Shown piece by piece: positions 16,657-25,197 of a stretch of DNA of 32,000 bases. Location: positions 1,471,276 through 1,503,275 of the forward strand of contig NZ_JANUCO010000001.1 of assembly GCF_024807225.1 (NCBI RefSeq), in the 5' to 3' direction. Both the position numbers and the translations under genes were made by a program. This DNA is from Chryseobacterium ginsenosidimutans (lineage in GTDB: Bacteria; Bacteroidota; Bacteroidia; Flavobacteriales; Weeksellaceae). The notes under the pieces are model-generated. The model worked only from the letters and a program-made list of their open reading frames with translations, was not told where the DNA came from and did no database searches. Numbering within the stretch: position 1 is the stretch's first letter; each line of letters starts with the position of its first letter.

Positions 16657-17322
16657 ATGTACTTTAAAAATAAATTGCTCTTTTCTTTACTCATCATACT
16701 TTTCTATTGTTGTGAAGGACAAAAATCTAATACCAAAAATTGCAATATCAACGAAGCTATGAAGACTATAAATACTCTTCCAGAAGTAAAAAAACAGAGT
16801 AAATATGTAGATTCATTATCTTCTAATAAGAAACATTTATCGTTTATGATCGATTCTTTGGATATTAAAAAACAACCGTATTATAGAATTAAAACCGGGT
16901 ATGACGGAGCCACTCATTGGGAGACATACACCATTTTTTATGTTGATAAGAACAACTGCGGCAAAATATTGATTGATGAGGTGATTTCAGGAGAAATCAT
17001 TTCTTTGGAAAAGTGGAGAACATTAAATAAAAAAAAAACTAAAATGAGTGAAAATACCACGGATACTAAAAATATCACATTCTCAGATTTATTCGATGAA
17101 GGCAGTAATATAGAATTTACGCCAACGGATCTCAATAAAACAGAACCCGAAATTCAAGCATTTAAGTCAAAATTGTCAAGCTTTGAATCGTCAAAACCAG
17201 AAGCAAGCGATTTCAATATTGATGACTTGTCATTATTGATTAATAATGAAACATTCAGTAATAATGAAAGATTTATAAACAGTTTCTTGGCTGGAATATT
17301 TTATCGGAAAATATTCATTTAA
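16657..17322 (+). CDS. Exported or lipoprotein of unknown function; primary immunity candidate for the glucosaminidase effector
   Basis: 221 aa, starting 8 nt after the effector stop. N-terminal signal (LLFSLLIILFYCCEGQ). May continue into 17345..17743 via a frameshift. Confidence 0.55.
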   Translation: MYFKNKLLFSLLIILFYCCEGQKSNTKNCNINEAMKTINTLPEVKKQSKYVDSLSSNKKHLSFMIDSLDIKKQPYYRIKTGYDGATHWETYTIFYVDKNNCGKILIDEVISGEIISLEKWRTLNKKKTKMSENTTDTKNITFSDLFDEGSNIEFTPTDLNKTEPEIQAFKSKLSSFESSKPEASDFNIDDLSLLINNETFSNNERFINSFLAGIFYRKIFI

Positions 17323-17344
17323 ACAAAATATCATTGATAAATTA

Positions 17345-17743
17345 ATGAATTCCGCTCTGGAACAGGAAGACTTTGCAGCAGTAAAAATATTAAGTAAATA
17401 TTATATCTTTTCTCAAAAACAAATCGATCAGGCAAAAGCCAAGCAAGCTTATAAAAACTCTTTACATGGGAAGTTGGATATCGAAGAGTATTATGATCCA
17501 GAGTTTTCTAAAATTGATAATATTTTGACATTTATTACCGCTTTATGTTCAAAAAATTATATTCAGGATCCTGATGGATATACAAATCTTAGAAAAGATA
17601 AAACAACAACATCAGAAGTTTTACAAAAAATAAATTCTGGACAGCATATTGATATCTTAGATAATTCAGGAGACTGGTTTTTAATAAAAACTAAAGAGGG
17701 AAAGACAGGATATGTGCATAAAAGCAGAATAAAATCGAGTTAA
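17345..17743 (+). CDS. SH3b-domain protein (possibly the C-terminal part of the preceding gene)
   Basis: 132 aa, no signal peptide. C-terminal bacterial SH3 pattern (GYTNLRKDKTTTSEVLQKINSGQHIDILDNSGDWFLIKTKEGKTGYVHKSRI). Confidence 0.55.
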   Translation: MNSALEQEDFAAVKILSKYYIFSQKQIDQAKAKQAYKNSLHGKLDIEEYYDPEFSKIDNILTFITALCSKNYIQDPDGYTNLRKDKTTTSEVLQKINSGQHIDILDNSGDWFLIKTKEGKTGYVHKSRIKSS

Positions 17744-17746
17744 GAT

Positions 17747-18613
17747 ATGAAGTCATTATTGTGTTTTTTCATTCTTTCCATTAATATATTTCTTATAGGA
17801 TGTAAGAAAGGAGAAATTAGTGCACAAATTAACAATTCTAAAAAAACACCAGATAGTGTACAAAGTAAAATACAAGAAGAGGAGAATAAAACGGTAACTA
17901 ATGATTCTCAATCATTTGTATTAAGCTGCGGCTCGGGATGCGCAATGACGTATGTGTCAGAAAACATAACAGGTAATCTTCCTGAACTAAAAGTTAAATT
18001 CAAAGTAGAAATGTATGTTGACGAAAAATTATCGGATACTTATAACGAAGTTTATATATTTTCCTATGATCAATCAAATCAAATAGAGGATGTACATCTT
18101 GAAGGGAAAAATGAGAACGTTCTCAAAACATTACTACCCACTGCACAAATATCGTTCAGGGATTTTGCAAAAGAGTTGGTGAAAAAAAATAGTAATAAAG
18201 AATCATCAACAGCATTAAAAATTATTTATAACAAAAAAAATGATCCCAAAACAGCTTCATACGAGACCATAGAAACATCTTCTGTTAAAGGATTGGAAAA
18301 ATATAGTTGTAACGAACAGAAAACAAGATACATATCGATTCCTAGTAAATCGGATATAAAGCTTTTTTTAATCCCTCAGGACTGCGGAGATTTTCAGTAC
18401 AGATATTATTTGATTGCTATTAAAGATAATAAGGTAACTGGTAATCTATATGTTGATGGCGAATGGTATGAACCAGATAACGAAGAAGATAAAGAATTGC
18501 GATCTTTTTCAATAGACAGTCAATACAATATATTGGTGAAAATTCAAACAGCCGATTCTTCGAAATCAGAAAATTACAGTATTAAAGATAACGGTAGCTT
18601 TATTAAAAATTAA
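17747..18613 (+). CDS. Lipoprotein of unknown function (immunity-array candidate)
   Basis: 288 aa. Lipobox (IFLIGC). Starts 3 nt after the previous stop. Confidence 0.6.
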   Translation: MKSLLCFFILSINIFLIGCKKGEISAQINNSKKTPDSVQSKIQEEENKTVTNDSQSFVLSCGSGCAMTYVSENITGNLPELKVKFKVEMYVDEKLSDTYNEVYIFSYDQSNQIEDVHLEGKNENVLKTLLPTAQISFRDFAKELVKKNSNKESSTALKIIYNKKNDPKTASYETIETSSVKGLEKYSCNEQKTRYISIPSKSDIKLFLIPQDCGDFQYRYYLIAIKDNKVTGNLYVDGEWYEPDNEEDKELRSFSIDSQYNILVKIQTADSSKSENYSIKDNGSFIKN

Positions 18614-18680
18614 ATTTGTAAAAAATGTAACCTATTTTGCCAGCCTACAAAGCAAAAACAAGCTAATTATTTTATCAAGA

Positions 18681-19622
18681 ATGAATAGAATCTCTTTATT
18701 AATATTAATTACTATTTTATTTTCTTGTAAGGCTTTATCACAGGAAAAGACAGGAAATACGTTTGAAACATACGTAAACAACAAAGCCTACTTCATCAAA
18801 ACTTTTGACATCAATAAAGATGGAATTCCAGATAAAATTGTGAGCAGTGTGGCTTATCAAGGGGAAGATTTATTTGTGTTTTTCAGCGAAAAATCTGGTG
18901 GTTATCATCTTTCTTTGGAAGCGACGAACTTTTCTGAAGATGGAGGGAATATAATTAAAGATATTTATGAAATTCCTAATAGTAAAGGTTTTACTGTAAA
19001 AACGTATTTTCCGGATCGTGGATATTCCGAAAAAGAATTCAATATTATCCCTGAAAATAATACGTGGGTTCTTAAAAATATTATTTATAAAACAATGTCT
19101 GATGTTTCAGAGAATGCCGTGAAATATATTTGTGATGTTACTCAGAATATTAATATTACAAAATCCGGATGGTCAGGTAAACTTAATTCCATTCCTGAAG
19201 AAAACGAAAGAAGTAAAAAATGTCGCACAGAAAATGTTTCCAGCGCTGCAATAGTGAACAGTGTACGAAATAATGTGGCAATAACTGCAAAAATAGCTCA
19301 GTCGGACAAGGAGTGGATTGGCAACTACACAGGTCGTTTTCTTAGAATGAAAGAAGAATCCGGTGATCCTCGGGGTTGGGGGCAGATTTCGGTTAAAATT
19401 GATGGTAATTCGGCTAAGTTTCAGTTAGACAGTTATATAGAAAATATCAAAAAAGATTTAATAGTAATAAATACAACGGCAGATGAGATAACACTTGCTG
19501 AAAAAGATAATAAAAAATCGACATTTACAATTTCCAAAAAACAAAATAAATATATACTAAAAAGCGCTTTTATCGATCAAACCGTAGGGGAAAAAAGCGC
19601 ATATGAGCTGGAAAAGAAATAA
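18681..19622 (+). CDS. Lipoprotein of unknown function (immunity-array candidate)
   Basis: 313 aa. Lipobox (ILFSC). FG-GAP/VCBS-like DINKDGIPDKIV motif. Confidence 0.6.
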   Translation: MNRISLLILITILFSCKALSQEKTGNTFETYVNNKAYFIKTFDINKDGIPDKIVSSVAYQGEDLFVFFSEKSGGYHLSLEATNFSEDGGNIIKDIYEIPNSKGFTVKTYFPDRGYSEKEFNIIPENNTWVLKNIIYKTMSDVSENAVKYICDVTQNINITKSGWSGKLNSIPEENERSKKCRTENVSSAAIVNSVRNNVAITAKIAQSDKEWIGNYTGRFLRMKEESGDPRGWGQISVKIDGNSAKFQLDSYIENIKKDLIVINTTADEITLAEKDNKKSTFTISKKQNKYILKSAFIDQTVGEKSAYELEKK

Positions 19623-19743
19623 AATAAAGCGAACAAGAAAATAACAAAAAGAGGTTGTGCTTGCTGCATGATCTCTTTTTAGCTTTCAGAATTATTTTTT
19701 TGAATTAAATTAAAATAAAAATATTTTAGATTAAAATTTATGG

Positions 19744-19751
19744 TATTTTTG
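19744..19751 (+). promoter_or_regulatory. Candidate -7 promoter box (TATTTTTG)
   Basis: TAnnTTTG match 31 nt upstream of the ATG at 19783, within a 160-bp AT-rich spacer. Confidence 0.35.
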
Positions 19752-19782
19752 ATCAAATAATCACATTAAAAAGTAACCCTTT

Positions 19783-20313
19783 ATGATTAGAAAAAACTTT
19801 ATTGGTCTTTGTCTTTTGGCAGGACTTTCTGTGATCTCATGTAATAAAAACGAATCAAAGCATGGAAAAAACAAAGCCGATTCGTCTATTGTTTCTCAAT
19901 CTGAAAATCATACTTCAGAGGCTGTTAAGAAACAGGATTCTGCCGAAAACGATCCTGAAAAGATTGAAAATGCAGAAGAAAAAGATCCGAAATCCACAGT
20001 TTCCAAAACGCTGGTTGAAGGGAAATTTGTTGCAAATACCTGTGATGGCGGAAGATTTTCTATGGAATTTAAAAATGTAGACGGGAAACCGACTTTTAAA
20101 ATTTTCGATAAGACAAAAATAATTGCTGCAGGCAATGTTTCCTCCGAAAGTGATGAAAAAACAGGCGAAATAACTGCCGTTACCATGGGAGAAATCGGTG
20201 GTTTGTATGAAGGAGATAAAATTGTGGTTCAGAATTCAGGAAATTCAATGAACGAATTTGAGCATTTTTCGCAATGTGGCGACAAATATCTCGAATTTAT
20301 TAAACAGAAATAA
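19783..20313 (+). CDS. Lipoprotein with an acidic low-complexity linker, unknown function
   Basis: 176 aa. Lipobox (LSVISC), then a Ser/Glu/Lys-rich linker and a ~100-aa globular part. Confidence 0.6.
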   Translation: MIRKNFIGLCLLAGLSVISCNKNESKHGKNKADSSIVSQSENHTSEAVKKQDSAENDPEKIENAEEKDPKSTVSKTLVEGKFVANTCDGGRFSMEFKNVDGKPTFKIFDKTKIIAAGNVSSESDEKTGEITAVTMGEIGGLYEGDKIVVQNSGNSMNEFEHFSQCGDKYLEFIKQK

Positions 20314-20335
20314 TTAGTAATGGTTTATAAGTAAG

Positions 20336-20366
20336 CAGCATGCGGTTTTGTGTGCTGTTTTTTTTT
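20336..20366 (+). terminator. Rho-independent terminator
   Basis: Stem cagcatg / tgtgctg (7 bp including 2 G-U pairs), then a T9 run (20358-20366). Lies 23 nt after the stop at 20313. Confidence 0.55.
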
Positions 20367-20426
20367 GCTTAAAAATAATTAACAGAAAACTTTATTAGAA
20401 GCTATTTCCCGCTTTCCGCACTCGCT

Positions 20427-20479
20427 ATTTTGTTTGTTTCGTTGCGGCGGCTTTGCCGCCGCAACGAAACAAACAAAAT
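20427..20479. repeat. Perfect 24-25-bp GC-cored inverted repeat (hairpin)
   Basis: attttgtttgtttcgttgcggcgg(c)-ttt-(g)ccgccgcaacgaaacaaacaaaat. Sits in a 477-bp non-coding gap. Confidence 0.8.
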
Positions 20480-20790
20480 GAGCTCAAACAATTGCTCCAA
20501 TCGGGGCTAGGAATTTTGTTGTTCTTTCAACAGTTGGAAATAAACCCGTAGTTTGTCATTCGATAGGAATCCAGGCGCGAATCTTCCATAATTATTTTCT
20601 AAAGCAACCGAAGCCTTGACAAGGCTCATTCAACACCCTGTTTGTCATTCTTAAATAACTTTACACCAAATCTAAAAGAAAAAAAGAGCTAAAACTAATT
20701 TTAAAAAAGCTTAAAATTAAATCCCTAAAAACTATTTTGTAAAATAGAATTTTTAGCCTAAATTAGGTAGAGCCAAAAAAACAAAAATAT

Positions 20791-21753
20791 ATGATTGTTC
20801 ATTTTATCCTTTCCGGAGAAACGCTGGAAAGTATATCTGAAGAAATTAATCTCGAAAACCCACAATATCTTAAAGAATTTCACAATACACATTGTGCAAG
20901 AGAAGATCTTATATCCGATCAGTTAATTCCGCGTAGAAAACTTTTGATTCCCGATCTCAATAAAATAAAGGAGTATAACAGTAAAAATGATGCGCCCTTC
21001 AAAAATCCCAGATTAAATCCCGAAATCCCTTTCAATCCTGAAAATTTCAGCAAAATATATTCAGTTATAAACACAGAAATTACAGAGAACGAACTGGAAA
21101 AAAGAAGCAATATTCTTTCGTACACGGTTTCTGTAAAATGGATCAAAAAAGAAGGATCTTTCCATATTTTTCACTTATTTAAAAACAATTTTTCCGACGA
21201 ACATGGAAGTATGATGGCAGATCTTGCGTCACAATCCATCCGTTCTCTCCATCCGATTGAGGTAAAAACAGATGATAAAGGTGAAATTGTAAGTGTTACA
21301 TTAACTCAGGAAACGATCAGTAATTTTGGGAAGATCAAGGAACGATTATACGATCTTTTCTCCGATAAATACGCGAAAATTTATCTTGAGGAGTTTGAAT
21401 TTGCTGTTTTAGATAAAGACTTATTTAATGACAGAATGAAAGAAGATGTTTTTATTAAAACCTATTTTGCATCTTTGAGAAATAAGTTTACCAATGGAAA
21501 ATCTTACTTTACACAAACGATCGGAGAAGAAAATATTCCTATTGTTATTCATCAAAAAGTTGAAAATCCGGAATATGATGAGGAAATTGTTCTCCAACAA
21601 AACATAATTTTCCCTGAAAAAGATAAAAGCTTCACAGGAAAATATACGCTTTACATAGAAACAGGAATGGTAAAAGAATTTGAAATTCAGTACAATATTT
21701 CTCAGTTTGGTGCGAAAAATTCTAGCTTTTTTATTGTTAAAGAATTGTCTTAG
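20791..21753 (+). CDS. LysM-like N-terminal domain protein, unknown function, T6SS-associated by position
   Basis: 320 aa, no signal peptide. The N-terminus (HFILSGETLESISEEINLENPQYLKEFHN...LIPRRKLLIPD) loosely fits LysM. Confidence 0.6.
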   Translation: MIVHFILSGETLESISEEINLENPQYLKEFHNTHCAREDLISDQLIPRRKLLIPDLNKIKEYNSKNDAPFKNPRLNPEIPFNPENFSKIYSVINTEITENELEKRSNILSYTVSVKWIKKEGSFHIFHLFKNNFSDEHGSMMADLASQSIRSLHPIEVKTDDKGEIVSVTLTQETISNFGKIKERLYDLFSDKYAKIYLEEFEFAVLDKDLFNDRMKEDVFIKTYFASLRNKFTNGKSYFTQTIGEENIPIVIHQKVENPEYDEEIVLQQNIIFPEKDKSFTGKYTLYIETGMVKEFEIQYNISQFGAKNSSFFIVKELS

Positions 21754-21798
21754 ACTCCTTTAAACAAAAGAAATATTACATAAATGTTAAATCTATTG

Positions 21799-21835
21799 TC
21801 GTAGAATTACTACATCAAATCGTAGAAATACTACA
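21799..21835 (+). promoter_or_regulatory. Tandem operator-like sites upstream of hcp-1: two GTAG-N5-CTAC units, 21 bp centre to centre
   Basis: tcGTAGaattaCTACa (21799-21814) and tcGTAGaaataCTACa (21820-21835). The same block recurs upstream of hcp-2 at the same distance from the -7 box. Confidence 0.6.
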
Positions 21836-21883
21836 AAAATTAAGATTGAGGTTGAAAAGCTTTCAGAAAGAAATTCCCTGTCC

Positions 21884-21891
21884 TATCTTTG
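21884..21891 (+). promoter_or_regulatory. Candidate -7 promoter box (TATCTTTG) of hcp-1
   Basis: Exact TAnnTTTG. A TTTC (-33-like) lies 19 nt upstream. 52 nt separate the box from the ATG at 21944. Confidence 0.5.
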
Positions 21892-21943
21892 TTAAACAAT
21901 CACCGAATCACAAAATATTATTAACGATTAAAATTTACCAATC

Positions 21944-22348
21944 ATGGCAGCAAATTCAAGAGGAATCTTAAAATTCAACGGAGGCGAAGGTCAAAAATTA
22001 TTAAAGCTAAACTACAGTGTATCAAGATCTACGGATGTATCTGGTAGAGTGGCTTCAGACCCATCAAACGCATTGATCAAACTTACAGTAGAAGCTACTG
22101 AAAAATCAGACATCTTAGAAAGTTTACTAAACGGAAAGTATAAACCTACAACAGGAGAAATTACTTTCAACAAATCTCACGAAGAAGGTACTTTAATTAC
22201 TCTGAAGTGGACAAACGGATACGTTATTCAGCATGAAGTAGACTTCGACGCAGTAGACGAAAACAGTATGTTGATCAGCTTTATCGTAAGCGCCGAAACA
22301 ATTGACTACGGAAATTCTAATTTCGACGGTTTTTGGCCAACAGCTTAG
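21944..22348 (+). CDS. hcp: T6SS-iii tube protein Hcp (TssD), copy 1
   Basis: 134 aa. Size and sequence style match Bacteroidota Hcp. Sits directly upstream of clpV. A near-identical paralog starts at 31846. Confidence 0.8.
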   Translation: MAANSRGILKFNGGEGQKLLKLNYSVSRSTDVSGRVASDPSNALIKLTVEATEKSDILESLLNGKYKPTTGEITFNKSHEEGTLITLKWTNGYVIQHEVDFDAVDENSMLISFIVSAETIDYGNSNFDGFWPTA

Positions 22349-22381
22349 AAAAATTTTACAAGTTAACATTCATAAAAAGAA

Positions 22382-22410
22382 AGACTGTCCCTTTAAGACG
22401 GTCTTTTTTT
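22382..22410 (+). terminator. Rho-independent terminator after hcp-1
   Basis: Stem agactgtc / gacggtct (8 bp, one G-U), loop cctttaa, then T7. Confidence 0.7.
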
Positions 22411-22612
22411 ACCACCAACATATGGTATATCTGATGGTAATTTGTTATGCTAAGAATAAAATTGGTTTGTCACATTATCAAGACATATTATTATGTTCTG
22501 AAAAAAAACTAATATCTTAGTAAACAATAAAAGTTCAGACGATTATGGATTAATTTTTGCTGATATTTAGCCAAAACATAATCGATGAAGCCACCAAAAT
22601 CAGAGATAATAT

Positions 22613-22620
22613 TAATTTTG
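22613..22620 (+). promoter_or_regulatory. Candidate -7 promoter box (TAATTTTG) for the clpV-slt-vgrG-effector operon
   Basis: Exact TAnnTTTG 13 nt upstream of the ATG at 22634. Confidence 0.4.
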
Positions 22621-22633
22621 AGAAAAAATACAC

Positions 22634-25129
22634 ATGGGAGTACTAGTAACCAATGAGACTGTAAAACAGCTTTTTCATATTGCACAATCCATCGCGAGGG
22701 AAAATTATAACGGAACTTACGGCGGACCGCATATTTTGCAGGCTTTAATGCATAAAGATATTGGTCTTAATGAGTTTTTGAAAAGTATTGATAAAGATCC
22801 GGGATATTTCTACGAATGGGCAGATGTACGAATCGAAGATTATCCCAAAACAACACATCTTCCCAACGATATTGGTGAGGATGAATTTGTTGATAATATC
22901 GTTGAAGAAGCAGATGATATCCGTTTAAAATTAGGATTGGATGAGATTACTCCGGTTTGTATTTTAACGGCTATTGTAAAACCTCAGGTTGCTTTTACAC
23001 TGCAACAGCTTAAATCTCTGCCGCTTAGAGAGCATGAGATTTTCAATTTATACAGAAAAGATACACCCTACGAAACTTCGGATAACGGAGAATTTTCTTC
23101 AATTTTTTCAAACGGATCAGAGTATTCGGATAATTCTTTTCCGTCTATTAAAAGTTATTGTGTCGACAGAACGGCTCAGGCAAGAAAGGGCGAGTTGGAA
23201 AACATTATCGGAAGAGATAAAGAACTCAGAATGTTGGTTGAAATTCTTTGCCGAAGAACCAAACCGAATGTCATCATCATCGGAGAACCGGGAGTTGGAA
23301 AAACGGCTTTAGTAGAAGGTTTCGCTACCGAAATTATTAAAGGAAACGTGCCTGAAATGTTGAAAAACGGAACGCTTTTAGAGCTTGACACAGGAGCCTT
23401 ATTAGCCGGAACTTCTTATAAAGGCGAAATTGAAGATCGTCTTAAAAAAGTAATTAATGAATGTAAAAAGATCGAAAAAGCCATTCTTTTTATTGATGAA
23501 ATTCACACGCTTTTAGATCCGAAAGGAAGCATCGGAAATGTTGCTAATTTGTTGAAGCCTGAATTGGCAAGAGGTGAAATCACCGTAATCGGAGCAACAA
23601 CTCAGGAAGAATATAGAAAAATTATAGAGCCGGAACAGGCTTTCAATCGTCGTTTTGAAGTTTTAACAGTGAATGAGCCGGATGAAAAAACCTGCGTTAA
23701 AATGATCGACGTTTTATTAGACGGCTACAAAAAACACCACGGAATTGAAGTGGAGAAAAACGCTATTCCGGAATGTGTTCGTTTGGCAAAAAGGTATGCA
23801 AAAGGTAAAAAATTGCCTGATGCAGCAATCGACTTGCTAGACAGAACAATGGCGGCGATCAAAATGCTTGATGAACTTTCAGAAAAAGAACTGGAAAGCT
23901 GGAAAGTAACCTATGAAGCGCTTCAAAACGAAGAATATTTCGACGAAAAAGATAAAGCCGACGAATTGGTCTGGAATTATAATTTGTTGAGAGATAAGAT
24001 CAGCCCGATTTTGTGGGGATCTTTGAGTGAACAGCCGCAAATTGACAATTCAATGCCGGTTGATCAGATTCAAAAAATTATTGAAGACAGCTACGCAGAA
24101 CTATTACAGCATGCATCAAAAAAGAGAGAAAAGGTTGACCGTTTGGAATTAGCGGCTGTAATGGCGGCAAAAACAAACATTCCGATCGGTAAAATCCAAG
24201 CTCAGGAAAAAGAAAAGCTTCTGAATATGGAAGGGCTTTTACTAAACAGAGTTGTCGGTCAGGATCACGCATTAAAAATTCTTTCTGATGCCATCGTTGA
24301 AAATCGAAGCGGATTGAATAAACCGGGACAGCCAATCGGTTCGTTCTTCCTTTTAGGACCGACAGGAACAGGAAAAACGGAACTGGCAAAATCTATGGCA
24401 GAGTTGCTTTTTAATGATGAAAAAGCGATGGTTCGTTTCGATATGTCAGAATTTAAAGAAGAACATTCAGCGGCGCTTTTATACGGTGCTCCTCCGGGAT
24501 ATGTCGGTTATGAGGAAGGAGGAATGTTGGTGAATAAAATCCGTCAGCAGCCTTATACGGTTGTTTTATTTGATGAAATTGAAAAAGCGCATCATTCTGT
24601 TTTTGATGTCTTTTTACAGATCATGGATGAAGGGAAAGTGCATGATAAGCTTGGAAAAGAAGGTGATTTCAGCAATGCAATTATTTTATTTACGTCAAAT
24701 ATCGGAAGCGAGGAAATTGTAAAGCAGTTTGAAGAAGGTAAAATCCCGGAATCAAAATCATTAATGCAGATTATGTCTAATTCAGGGCGTTTTAGACCGG
24801 AATTTTTGGCAAGAATTACAGAAATTATTCCTTTTGCACCAATTACAGAATCTATTGCGGAGAGAATTTTTAATATTCAGTTAAAATCACTTCATACTTC
24901 ATTGATGAGATTAGGAATGAGCTTAAAAATCAGTGATGAAGCAGTGAAAAACTTAGCTTTAGGAGGATTTAGCAGTAAATATGGAGCAAGACAAATTTCC
25001 GGAGTGATAAGATCTCAACTGGCAAGACCGATCTCCAAAATGATTGTAAGAGAAGAAGTAAAATCCGGACAGACCCTTCATGTAGACTGGAATTCGGAAG
25101 AGGAAAAACTTAACTGGAAAGTAGATTAA
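22634..25129 (+). CDS. tssH: T6SS AAA+ ATPase ClpV (TssH)
   Basis: 831 aa. Clp N-domain, two AAA+ modules with Walker A motifs GEPGVGKT and GPTGTGKT, Walker B motifs ILFIDEIH and VVLFDEIEKA. Confidence 0.9.
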   Translation: MGVLVTNETVKQLFHIAQSIARENYNGTYGGPHILQALMHKDIGLNEFLKSIDKDPGYFYEWADVRIEDYPKTTHLPNDIGEDEFVDNIVEEADDIRLKLGLDEITPVCILTAIVKPQVAFTLQQLKSLPLREHEIFNLYRKDTPYETSDNGEFSSIFSNGSEYSDNSFPSIKSYCVDRTAQARKGELENIIGRDKELRMLVEILCRRTKPNVIIIGEPGVGKTALVEGFATEIIKGNVPEMLKNGTLLELDTGALLAGTSYKGEIEDRLKKVINECKKIEKAILFIDEIHTLLDPKGSIGNVANLLKPELARGEITVIGATTQEEYRKIIEPEQAFNRRFEVLTVNEPDEKTCVKMIDVLLDGYKKHHGIEVEKNAIPECVRLAKRYAKGKKLPDAAIDLLDRTMAAIKMLDELSEKELESWKVTYEALQNEEYFDEKDKADELVWNYNLLRDKISPILWGSLSEQPQIDNSMPVDQIQKIIEDSYAELLQHASKKREKVDRLELAAVMAAKTNIPIGKIQAQEKEKLLNMEGLLLNRVVGQDHALKILSDAIVENRSGLNKPGQPIGSFFLLGPTGTGKTELAKSMAELLFNDEKAMVRFDMSEFKEEHSAALLYGAPPGYVGYEEGGMLVNKIRQQPYTVVLFDEIEKAHHSVFDVFLQIMDEGKVHDKLGKEGDFSNAIILFTSNIGSEEIVKQFEEGKIPESKSLMQIMSNSGRFRPEFLARITEIIPFAPITESIAERIFNIQLKSLHTSLMRLGMSLKISDEAVKNLALGGFSSKYGARQISGVIRSQLARPISKMIVREEVKSGQTLHVDWNSEEEKLNWKVD

Positions 25130-25197
25130 AGTAAAAAAAATTAAGATAAACAGGTAAAGAAAGCAAGAATTAACCTTCTTTGCCAAAACTAAAAATA

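Noticed and set aside
19646-19680. aaaaagag...ctcttttt pairing after the 18681..19622 gene as a terminator
   Set aside because: The stem is almost all A-U and the loop is 19 nt, so it is too weak to call, although transcription may well end in this 160-bp spacer.
20732-20747. Palindrome ctatttt-gt-aaaatag, 44 nt upstream of the LysM-like gene
   Set aside because: 7-bp AT-only arms are expected by chance in DNA this AT-rich, and no second copy or related site was seen in the window.
22302-22520. 72-aa ORF overlapping the hcp-1 3' end
   Set aside because: It runs through the hcp stop and the rho-independent terminator at 22382-22410. It has no domain, and its start lies inside hcp.
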